Positions 41,501 through 53,500 of a stretch of 64,000 nucleotides of DNA are shown one piece after another. The position numbers and the translations under genes are program-made. Source of the DNA: Camelus ferus (taxonomy: Eukaryota); assembly GCF_009834535.1 (NCBI RefSeq), contig NC_045696.1:70558001-70622000 (forward strand). Direction: 5' to 3'. Every line of letters begins with the position of its first letter. The first letter of the stretch is position 1. The notes under the pieces were generated by a model. It saw only the letters and a program-made list of their open reading frames with translations, made no database searches and was not told where the DNA came from.

Positions 41501-44500
41501 TTTATTATGTACTTAAATATTAGTACAGTAGCACAATTAAATAACTTATAAATAGATAGATAGATGTATAATGAATGCAAGCCCAAATTGTTATTGATGG
41601 GACGTGTAGGATTAAGTTTGGGAAACAATGAGTAAGGGTACTAAATTGCAGGCGGCCGCTGACAACGGAAGACTTCAGAAGTATCTTCAAAGCATCTGCA
41701 TTTATCGCCATCGCCAAGCAACACAACGTCCGTCCACTACTGGTCTGCCTTTAACCTCAGTTGCATTCTTCCTTTTTCTCTCTGCCTTTCTTTCTTCTGT
41801 TTCCTATTGTTTCTCCCAAAGAGTTTGCTTTTTCTGCACATAGACTGGACTTTTATAAATACCACCAACTATTTATTCCTTCCACCAAACAATGGCTGAG
41901 CAGCTACCACGTGTAACACACAAAAATAAAAGAGAAACAGATTTTGGGTTCAAAGATCTTAGTCTATTAAAGGAGATAAGACACAAACACAAACAACTAT
42001 AACATATTAGAAGTTGGCTCATGCCATATGAAAAGAGTCAAGATAAACTGCCATGATGTTCAGAAAGAGAAGAAATTCTCTCTACTTTTACTTGTCTCGG
42101 TTGTTTTCATTGTTACTAAACGCTTCAATGCTGCTTTGTCACAAAAGACTTTTATGTAACTAACATAGATGCAGACACATAAACTCCAGATGCTCCCAGA
42201 CTTTAAAAAGCGTATGTATGGATAAGAGAGCTGCACAGCTAAGCAACCAAATGTGTACATGATTAAAATCCAGAAGATCTGATTTTAGACTTCCTTAGTT
42301 ATAGTCCTTTACATTTTATACTTCTGAACATGGGCTTGACAGCATACAGAAACCAAAGTTCACATTGTATTTATAAATGAAATATGTTACCTAAGTTGGT
42401 TTATTTTTTTTCAGGCATATAAGGAGAAAGCCAAGACTCAAATCTTGATGCTTTTCCTTTGGAGGCCTGAAAGAAAATAAACCAACAGATTCATTTCTAA
42501 ACATAACGCAGACCTTGGTTCTTTCACAATTGGTGCCCTGAACCTCAGGTAACTCCCAACAAAGTGTGACAGAACACACCACCTCAGCAATAAAATCCTG
42601 ACGGGCTAAACAAAAAGTAAAAAGACCTTTTAAAATCCATACATGAATTTTCAGTAGGGTACTGCCCGTCTTTGCTGCCAACCTTTCGTCTAGGATCTGA
42701 TCAATTTACTCTTTCCTGCTCTATCTACTAGACTTCAATACAACTTATAGCTGAATGTTACCAGTGCTAGCCCATCTCTAATTTTAACTTGGGAAAACAT
42801 CTTGTTGGGCCAGTCAAATAAAAGACAGTTCATTTTCAAGGATTCTGCTTATAAAGAAACTTACTTTAAAATGGATACAAAACAAAGAGTTTACCTTAAT
42901 ATGCAATATTGCTGTTCCTGGAGGATGAGCATCTGTTATTGATCTTAGAAGTTTTCCACTGGCCAAATCCCACATAGTGATCTATAAGACAACTAAATGC
43001 TTTAAAAACAAATTTATTGCTCTTTTTTAGACTTAAGTATCCTGGCTTTTGGCTGAAATAATCTATTTCTGGTCTATAAACATTGCAGACAAAGAACTAT
43101 AAAGTTCAAACATAACCAAAGGCTGCAGACCCACTAAAGTGTGGGGCCGTTATTCTACCTTCAGCCTCCCCTCATCCCGCCCAATCTACTCTTCCCTTCA
43201 GATTTTAAAGGTTGTTCTTTTACTGAGAGGTAAAAGAAATTAATGAGTCAATCTCTTTAGCACCGGTAAAAATTACAGAAAAAAGGCTTACTGCCAAACC
43301 AATTAGTGATACATAAATCAGAAGAAGAGTAAAAACAAAACTTATTTCTGGTTTTCAGAAGTAAAAAAAAATGTATCAAAATAGTTATCTAGAAACACAG
43401 TAATAAGAATACACAAAGCAGAATACAGTGTACTTAAAAAGCAGCAACAATAATCCACACTATAGTAAGGAAGTAAATTTTGTGTAATAGCCTTGTTGGT
43501 TTATAAAAGCTATTTACTTATATGGACATATGAATTAAGATATTAAAAATCAGACTCTGGCTCAGTCAATATTTAAAAATTTGAACAAAAGTCAGACTAA
43601 GCAATCTCAGGTTAGCTCTACAGACATGTTACTTTATAACACACATTTTGTTCTTTGAGATGTTAATCTAAACAGTTTTTTTTTTTTTTGCATTGTCTAT
43701 GGATAAAATAAAGTTCTTATTTACCTGTCCTTTAGCAAAGCCACAGAGAAGTCTTGAGCAGTCATTGTTGATACTGAGGGCAGAGATGGCTCCATATTGG
43801 CCCCCAACACTAGTGCTACCCAGACAGAGTCGCAAAGCTTGATTCTGATCTAAAGAGAGCAATCGGTAACATCAAGTGAAAGAAGTGAAGGAAAGAATAA
43901 ATATATATTTAGGATAGGCTTGTTTTCAAAGACTTGGGAGGTAGCAAGAATCAAAAGAATCAAGTACTGAAACTGTCTGCCTAAAATAGTGTTTTCCATG
44001 ATCCTTATTTTGTCAGGGCCACCATATACAGTTAGTGGATTATCCGTATACCTAATTCTGCAAACTGTCAAGATTCAGAGGTTGGGCAGCAATGATCTGC
44101 ATATATCACTACTTTGGTTCATGCGTGTAAGGCAATGAATGAACTGCAAGTAAGAGAACAAAGGCAGAAATTTCCACACCAGCCTCACAAGGAAGCCCCA
44201 TTACTCTGGGCTGCCCGCCTTCTAGGCAGATTAGTGTTTGAATTGCATCCTGCTGGGCTCCTTTGTAATCCCTGCCTTGAGATCCAAACTCTATATGGTT
44301 CTGATCCACCAATACTTAAAGACACTCACTACTGCTGTCTACTTTAACAAAGTTCATACTTTACATCAGATTATTTTCATACTCTTATAACTCAGGGAAA
44401 GTAAGTGTAGGAGAATTAAGGATTATGACAAAATAGAGAATAAGGGTACCACTAATAAAATGGAGACAAAGAGGGAAGGAAAGAGACATATCTAATTTCT

Positions 44501-47500
44501 ACATTAAAAACCAAACATGATTCTGCTTTCCTGACCATGGGTCCCATGTACTAAAAACTAGCTAAGACAGGGACCAAATTATTAATGTTGGTCACTCCTG
44601 AAATATGTTTCCTTTAAATTTTTTATTGAAGTATAGTTGATGTATAATGTGTTAGTTTCTAGTGTACAGCAAAAGTGATTCAGTTATATATATTATTTTT
44701 CATATTCTTTTCCATTATGGTTTATTATAGGATATTAAATACAGTTCCCTGTGCTACACAGTAGGTCCTTATTATTTATCCATTTTACTGAAATATGTAT
44801 TAAATTTACATCCCACAGGACTATGTTAATGAAAACATTCTCAACTTTTCTCCTTGACTTTTACAATGTATTCATTATTTTTATAATGTTCCTTTATAAG
44901 GTAGCATGGCTGTGATGTAATGGGCAGTGCATAAAATGTAATCTAGTTTAACTCCACATAGATATTTGCCAATTCTTATTGCTGTCTTTATATATTCTAT
45001 ATTTATGATGCCGTATTAACAAACTTCCTATTATACAGTTTAGACTAAATCCCGAAAGGTAGAATTTCTGTGGAAAGAAGGAAGCAGCATCTCATTGAAA
45101 AGGTTTCTTCTGCTAGAAGAGCATTCTGTAGTCCAGATCATTCTAGGCAATTCCGAGGAAAGGCGTTTGGTGTAGATAAACATAAAACCTCTTCCAAACA
45201 TTAAAATTCTAAAGTTACATAAAAAGAACAAAAGGACCTGGACAGAAGCAAGAAAGGTGAAACTCAGAGCTTTCTACATCCTCCTTCTTCAAGGGGGCTC
45301 TTGATCTGGGTAAGAAATATGTAATGAGACTTATCATTTTTCCTATATACATCACAGAGTTGATATAGACCTTAAATTTTTTAAATGTTTATGAAAATTT
45401 TGAAAACTACCCAGTGGTACAAATGCAAACAATTATTATTAGCTTACCATGTAATTGAGAGAATTAACGACTAAATATCACAAAAAGCACACCTATTTGA
45501 CAGTGCAGCGAATTGTATCTAGTTCTTCATTAGCATATCTTTCAACTTTACTTAGGGTGGATCTCCTCAGCATATTCGTAGACTTAAGAGTAATGTGCTA
45601 AGTAGCAAAGAAAAGCCATAAATAACGTGTAAGTCTAAAACAGCCATAAAACCTAAATTTGAACATACTTCAAGAATTTCTGCTCTCCTTCCATATACCA
45701 AAACTAACCTAATCCTCTATTTCTTCACCCCTGATTTGTTTTAATTAGATCCCGAAGACCGTCAAAGACGAAAATACCTAGATCCTAGAAGGAATCAAAA
45801 TCTTATTATGTGTGTACAACTCTACTTTTATTGCCAGTATTCACCATTCTTCACTACTACTCTTTTGTGCATACTAAAATATTCTCCAAGACAAAAGGAC
45901 AAGGAGAAAAGAGATACTAGGAAACATTTTTCATCAATGATCTTAAAACGGCAAAGCACTTTACCCAACCTCCATTTAACAAAGACACGGAATTATAGTT
46001 CTCCATTCTCTCTGTAAAGCTTACTGACTGCAGCCCTGGACACGCTGACCCCCGATGGCTAACTGGCTATTTTCTAGAATGCAGATGCTTACAAAGAATC
46101 AGTTGCATTCATTTCTAAATCTGTTCATGCCACTGTAATGTTACTGTACTTGAGAAATTTAACTAAACAATATGTAAAGTGATGAAACAGAATGAAAAAG
46201 AAAGCTGTTGTTTCTATGAAAACTAAATAAATGCTTTAGAAAAACTTGGTAAAGATGAGTTGCTTTAAGTAACTGTCATGAAATAAGGCGTGGACAAGGT
46301 AACTGCAGAAGACTGAAAAGAAGTTTTGAAAATTTAAAATTTTGCAAACTCCAACTGATTGACAGGTGCCTAAGCTTTTACCTCTTTTTTTTTTAATTAA
46401 AAGTGCAAATTTTACATGACCCATTACTGATGCAGGTTATGCCAGAAAAGCTGCTGTAGATCTCCAACTGGCAGATACAAACTCAAAAGAAAAAGTTTTC
46501 GGCTTCACCAAAAGATAAAGGGGAAAATGAATATATCTTTTCAGTTAAAACACTGAAGGTATGCATATATTTATAATTGTTAATAATTCCCTGCTTTAAC
46601 CAATTTCAATTAGCTGATTCTTTTCAATAAGCATTTCATAAGAGGGCATCGACTACAACTGATAGCATTCGCTTTTCCAGAAAAAAGTCTCTCATGCAAA
46701 ACCAAAATTACTATACCTTTTCCTTTGAATCCATGGAGAAATGATCAAAAGAGAGAAAAGCAAGAAATCAGTTCAAAAGTTCAGAGAAAAGAAAGGCAAA
46801 ATTTCAAGAGTATAAGTGATAAACTTTAGTTATCTGTGGGAATGATACTAAATGTGATTAAACGATGTGTCTAGCCTTTATGATTATATTCAGGTATCGG
46901 TTATGGGAAAAGAGAAAATGCATAACATCCAAATTTTAGCACAGTAAATCCAAGTCTATTAAGTTTGACAGAAAGAAAACAATTTCAAAAACATAATCTA
47001 AAGTATACTAAAAACAAAAAAAAAGGAAAACTAAAGGCCTTAGGATAGGGAGACATCTTTATTAAATAGATTTGAATTTTTGTGATCTTGTATTTAGATA
47101 AGAATCAAGATACACAAAAATACCACATACCTATAATTCCATAAGAAAAGGCAACACACATCACCTTTAAGATGCTTACAATGATTAGTATTTTAAAGAC
47201 CCAGGCCTCTATTCCAAAGAGAATCTAATGGTATTTAAACAAGTACAGTTCTTCCTGCTGCACTTTTTCCTGCGATCAACAAAGATGTTTAAGAGATCAG
47301 ATGTAACCCAGACCTCTATTCTAAATACTTCGTAATATTATTACTCTGCCACTGGTTCCTGGCTTTCAAGCAAATCCGTTTGTTTAAATGTATTGTCCAA
47401 ATATCTGATTCTTACAAAAGTAATGAGCAAAACATATTAACTGCACGATTAAAACCCCAAAGCATAAATAGATTACAATTCTTCCTCAAAATGTTCACTT

Positions 47501-50500
47501 TGGTGTACTTTCTTTTTCATGAGACTGTAATGAAAAATATTTAATAAAGTCTACAAGAAAGCTGCTAGTCTAAAAAACTTAGGAAAGCAGACATAAGGAA
47601 ATTAAGGAGACAGTAGTGAAAGACACTATACTCTTCTTCTCCTCTGTTAGCTTCTATTTTTAAAGTATTCATTTTAACTTGTTGCAGTAACCTCCACATG
47701 GGTTTGATTATAAGCAGGCACATATTCTCATAACCTTGTAGTAAGGAAGGGATATTAAAGCAGAGCCGAGGAAAAGTGAGTACTGGTAAGTGGGAACAAA
47801 ACTCAACATGCATTCTGCTGACAGATAAACATGTGCATCATATTCTATCCTCATTCATTTTAGGTCGTCTACTCTTTTCTTCATATATCTTGGAATTTGC
47901 CTTCTTTTTTCTCAGGACAGGAGAACTGCTTAGAAGGATGAAAAAGCACTGACCTTAGGATTCAGTATTCCATGATTCTTAATTTGGCTTAATTTGTACA
48001 TGTCACTTAACCTGTCTGGTTCTCAGTCACCTCATACATAAAATAAGGGCAGTGAACCACAAGTCTTTTTAAGATCCTTCCCCAAAATTCTATCAATCTA
48101 ATTCCAACTGAGCCCCCTTAGGAAAATAAGCATTCTGATACCTTAGGAGAACAAAATGGTAAAACTTTCCAGAAGGCAATTAGGCAATATACTTCAGAAG
48201 TGTTTAAGATGTTCATACTCTGACCACTTTTAGAAATTTGTCCTAAGGAAGTAATCACGTGCACATAAACATAGTGATGTTCATCACTCTTTATTTAGAA
48301 ACAACCTATATGTCTTATAGTAGGAAGTGATTAAGTAAATTATGGTGAGTCCATTTTAAAAATACTATGTGACCATTAAAAATGTTTCAGATGAATACAT
48401 TATTACATGGAAAGATGTTCATTATAATGAAAAAATAGGTTACAAATTAACACAACCCCATTTGAGGGTGTACACATATATGTACACATGTACATAAAAA
48501 AAGATTAAAAGCCCATACAAAAATGTCAGGGATTATTTCTAGATAGTAGAATTTGGTATATCTTCAACCTTTCACTTATCTAAATTTTCTATTATGAACA
48601 CATATTATGGAATAAGAAAAAAAACTATTATTTAAAGAATCAATTCTAAAGTTCTCTCAAGAGAATCATATTTTTGTTTCCATTTTTCTCATCCCCAGAC
48701 AATAAAACTTTTTTAAGTCAATCACCTTTGAAAAGACTAGGTGTTAAAATCACATTGTAAATAAGGCTTTGGCATAATGGAAAATTTATAAATAGGAAGT
48801 CAAATTGTTCAAAAACAAGGGAAAATAACTAGTTATTAACTCATATGATAAAGATGCAAGGCCCACAGAGATCAAATTGTGGTTCTGCTTTTAAGTGTTC
48901 CCAAGCAATCCTTACACAATATCCTATGGATTCCTTACTAAAATGCAGTGTCATCAGGAGTTCCATTTAACAGAGTTGCAAAAGGCTTAGGATCCATAAG
49001 AGGACACTAAAAATGACAGAGAAAGTATTATCTAGTAGTTTTTAAACAAACAAAAAAAAAAAACAAAACAAAATGTTCTGCTCATAGTATTGAATGCAAA
49101 AGCAAAGAAAGATTAATAAAACTAGAGTTAGTCTCAGGTAGGAAAAAATGAGAAAATATACACAGGACTATCACATTCTATACAAATAAAACTAGCTAAG
49201 TTCACTTCTCAAACAAAAATAAGAATGTGATTGTTGGCTAAAGATTTTTCAATTTAGAGGGGTTTACAATGTAAATGAAAAAAAATTACTGTCAGTAACA
49301 GACACTGAAAGTTACTGAGAAAGCCTGGGAGTCTCTTTCTCTGAAGATCTTTTCCAATAGCTACTATTCAGTTACAATTTAGAATAAAAAAGTACCACCA
49401 CCACAAACTGGAGGCAGACAAAATGACAATCCTCGCCTCTTTCAACTTTACATTGTTTGTGTCTAGGTCTGCCGAGAATCAGAAGATATAATATGACATG
49501 ATAGCTTATAAATTCATAAAGAAGAAAATAAACTTGCAATGAGCAACAAAATAAAGCTAAGTAATTTTTAACTATAAAAATACTGACTCCTACTTTTCAA
49601 ATTTCTCTAACTTTTTCCAAGAAAATTAAGTTTACTATATAAACTGTGATTAAAAGACATTATAAAACCCCTCCAAAATATTTAAATTTAAAATAAGGAA
49701 AACAGTTAGAAAATTTACCAAATATCAAAGCCAATCCATGAGATGTACCCACTGCTATCAGACTGGACACTGCCTGAGAACAAAAGGGAAGATTACATTT
49801 TAAGATATTACATCAAGGATCTTGAAATAATCAGAATAGAAGCTGTTGGTTTTCTTTCCTCTAGGCACCAGATAACATACCAACTATTATAAACAAGGAG
49901 AATTTCATCTAGAAGGCAAAATGGGAAATGAAACTCAGGACATCTTATTTCTGGGACTCCCTCTAAATTTATTCTAAGGATAACATTATCAAAATATCAT
50001 ATGTTCAACATTATAAGCAAAAACATGCCACTTAACTTCCCCTAACACAATTTTTTAAAAATTCAGGGTCCACACAAAGAGGCACTTATGCTACCCAACC
50101 AAGAGCCTCCTATGAGGTGTGGGAAGCGATGAGAAAGCGCCTCTCCAGTTTATTCGTAGGATTCAAAAGCACAAGAAATATTCAAAGCCCAGCCCACCTC
50201 TTCACCAACTGACTAATAAGAAAGCTACAGGAGGCAGCTGGAAATAGTTGGAAATAGAAAAGAGGGTACTAGTGCCTTTTAATATCCCCAAGTTCTCTAT
50301 AATCATGCCACAGATTTACTATTTGGCAGGCTTGGCAATGGAATTCAGAGTTGTTAAGTGTACTATTTACCACAAAGTGATTTTACTGAATACTCTTTTC
50401 CATTCCCTATAACCAAAGGTAGGCCAAAACACAGAAGGAGCAAATTCACTTGGGCAGGGTAGTATGGGCAGGGCAGTAAGTACCGCATACAAATAAACTT

Positions 50501-53500
50501 GGAAAAGGCTAATCATTATTCCATCGTGCTTCTTAAAAAAAAAAAAACAAAAAACTGAAGAGTAACAATACACTAGAAAAAAAGAGAACACACAAAAGAG
50601 ATAAATTTTAAATCTGATTATTGGCAGTAAATGACATATGAATTTATTACCAGAAAATTTATGTAATAACTTTGAACATTAGAAGGATAAATCTAAGAAA
50701 ACCCAATCAAATAGAAAGCTTTAAAGGATTATTTAAAGTGTACTTACAATTGCTGTAGGCAAGCCAGCATCCACTTTGTCCTAAATAAATTTAAAAAATA
50801 TATTTGAAAAAATATTCTCATTTTTAAACAGAAAATGGTATAAGGCCCTCTTTTTACACACACTTTGATACAAATCAATTCAGACAAGAGGTAGAACCTT
50901 CATTTTTGCCCCCAAGAGAAACTACAAAAGCTATATATACCAACAAAATATAAACAGCACAAGAGTAGATCATTTTATTTTACTAACTGTAACAGAAACT
51001 TCAGGAAGGGTACTGATTATAAATAAAAATGTAAAGGAAAAGAGTGAGGAAAGAGGTTCTATTTTCAATAATGTGAATAACTATAAATACTATGGGTCAA
51101 AATGATAGGAGTATGTAAAGACTTTAGAAAAGGGAAACATACACTAAAGATATTATTCCTCTAAGTAGGCGCTTTTTACCCAGAAGTTTACACAATAATC
51201 CCCTAAATAAAACCAGAGCAGGGTATATTCAGTCAGAATAAGAAATCAAAAATTAAGTGCTAGTCCCAGCTCCTTCCCAGCAACTGTATGACCTTGGCAA
51301 AGTTATCTAATCCATCTGAGTACATCTCCTCATGTGTTCAAGGAAATGACAAAAACTTCCCTACCTACCACAATAAGTTGTCCTGAGGATCAAATTAAAT
51401 ATAAAGTATCATATAAATGTAAGGGTATCTATTTGATGTTTCTATGGATTTAAATAATAACAAGGGCCCACAATGATTAGCACTGTAGTAGCAAAGAGCT
51501 TTCAAATGTATATATGACACTATTTGATTCTCAAACTGGGAGAGAGAAATAAAACAGCTGGAATTATTCTGATTTTCCAGATTAAGAAAATAGAGTAAGA
51601 TTCTTAAGATTCAGATTAAGTTTCAAAGAGCTTAACTGACTTGCCCAAAATTATTCAGGAAGTGGTACAACTATGTCTCTAACTCAGGGCTTCCAGGTCC
51701 CAGGTCAAGCTCTTTGTATCACTTCTACATTTATTTTCTGTCTGTCCATGTCAATGTGCTCAGTTTGTTATTATAATTTCTCAGAAGGCAGAATCTGTTT
51801 TATCCAACTGTATAGACCATCCCAGAAACTAACTTAAGAAACTTACTCCAGGGCACAGGACTATGAGGAAGATCACCAAGGCTGCTACGTACAGGGCTCT
51901 GGACGACAGGATATACCCACATTTGTGTGAACGCGTGTGTGTAAAGGACGCCTAACATCATACTCGACAATTAAGAAACATGCAATAAATATTTGATAAA
52001 TGATTGATTTGTGTCCTGGATAGGGAAAAAGAATGAGACAACAGATGAAGAACATAGACTATTTTCAAAATGGAACCTGAATAATGCAATCAGAAGTCAG
52101 CTAACTTTAAAAGCTAAAAATCCACCAAGGTGAGAAGCACTTTAGAAGTTACAGAATTTTAGTACTGGTGTTACAGCAGCTTAAGAAGGTGATTCTCAAA
52201 AGCCAGGGTGCATTAGAATCACCTGGGATGCCTGTTAAAATGCTGATCCCTAGGCTACACTGTTAGAACTGGATTCCAATTCAGTAGGTCTCAGGTGGTG
52301 CCCAGGCACCTGCATTTTCATAAACACTCTAGGAGACTCATGCACTAGACACATTTTGCAGAAACACTATGTTAAGGTATCTCTATTATCTTAGGTGATC
52401 ATAAAAATGATAAATACTCTTTAAAAAGTAATTTGAATTAATTTTCAATATAGTCACATCATATGACTTGGAGGAGGATTCCAAAATTAAACAATGAGGT
52501 TCACAACTCCAAAAGTTTCATGTCTCCTAGGTGTTCTCCATGCAGACTACAAGGCCATGATGATCAAAGCCCTAGCCATCCCTAATAACACCACTATCCA
52601 CATAGCTGAAGGCATTTTTGGACTATTCAGGAGAGATAACCAAAAATATAATTAGCTTTACATGTTAATAAACCAACCATCACAGGAAAGCATACAATTT
52701 AAATTGAGCTGGTAATCCAAAATTAGGAAAGCAGAGTATGAAGACAGACACAGGAAAAGCAGTTTTCATTTTAACATACCAAAGGAGCTCAGCCATAGCA
52801 ATGAAATAAGAACAGAATGCAAACACTCTGGGATTTATTAGAATTTTTCCCTCCTCTTCAAGAGAGAGGAGAAACCCTTTTAAATAACAGATTTATCTAA
52901 TCATTGTTCAGTGTCTGAGTTTTAGTTCAGTCTCCATTATTCAAAATATTTTTAAAACTGCACAGGTGGGTCAAATGACTGTTCTGGTTCATCTTGATTT
53001 TGAAAGGAATGAATTTCATCACCTACATAAGGATTAAATTCAGAAAACGTCATGGAAATGTAATCCTCAACAGGTGGTTCCCATTCTAGCAAATATGAGT
53101 TACTCTCCACCTAAAAGGGGAAGGACAATTGCCCAGGTTTCCTCCATTGCTTGACTATCTCTCTGTTTAAACTGACTTCATGAAATATGAGCTGGGTCAG
53201 GGCATAGCAATTGCCCACAGAGAATGCTTTTTCTTTCTTTCATTTTTTTTGTTTTTTGTTTTTTGTTTTCTTTGGGGGGAGTCTTTTTTATTTTGTTTGT
53301 TTGTTTGGGGTTTTTTTTTGGTTTCTGCAATAAGAGCTTTCTCTGATAAACCTGAAAATTGCAATGTGGTTATGGTGTCATGATGCCACTTCTGTATCAA
53401 TCTCTCACCCTCACGAAAAACCAAAACTTTGTCCAAACTGAATAAGCAAAATACCAATTAAACTCCATGAAAAGGACATAAAAACACATCGAAGTTTCTG

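Noticed and set aside
45040..45231. 63-aa minus-strand ORF in unique-looking intron sequence
   Set aside because: It has no similarity to VPS8 or any protein I recognise, and I found no convincing pair of splice sites.
49713..49718. Alternative source of the Gly-Lys insertion by extending exon 6 (G|GT AAA also reads Gly-Lys)
   Set aside because: There is no GT or GC donor 6 nt downstream (the sequence continues GTAAAT TTTC), so the separate microexon at 46717-46722 is the better explanation.
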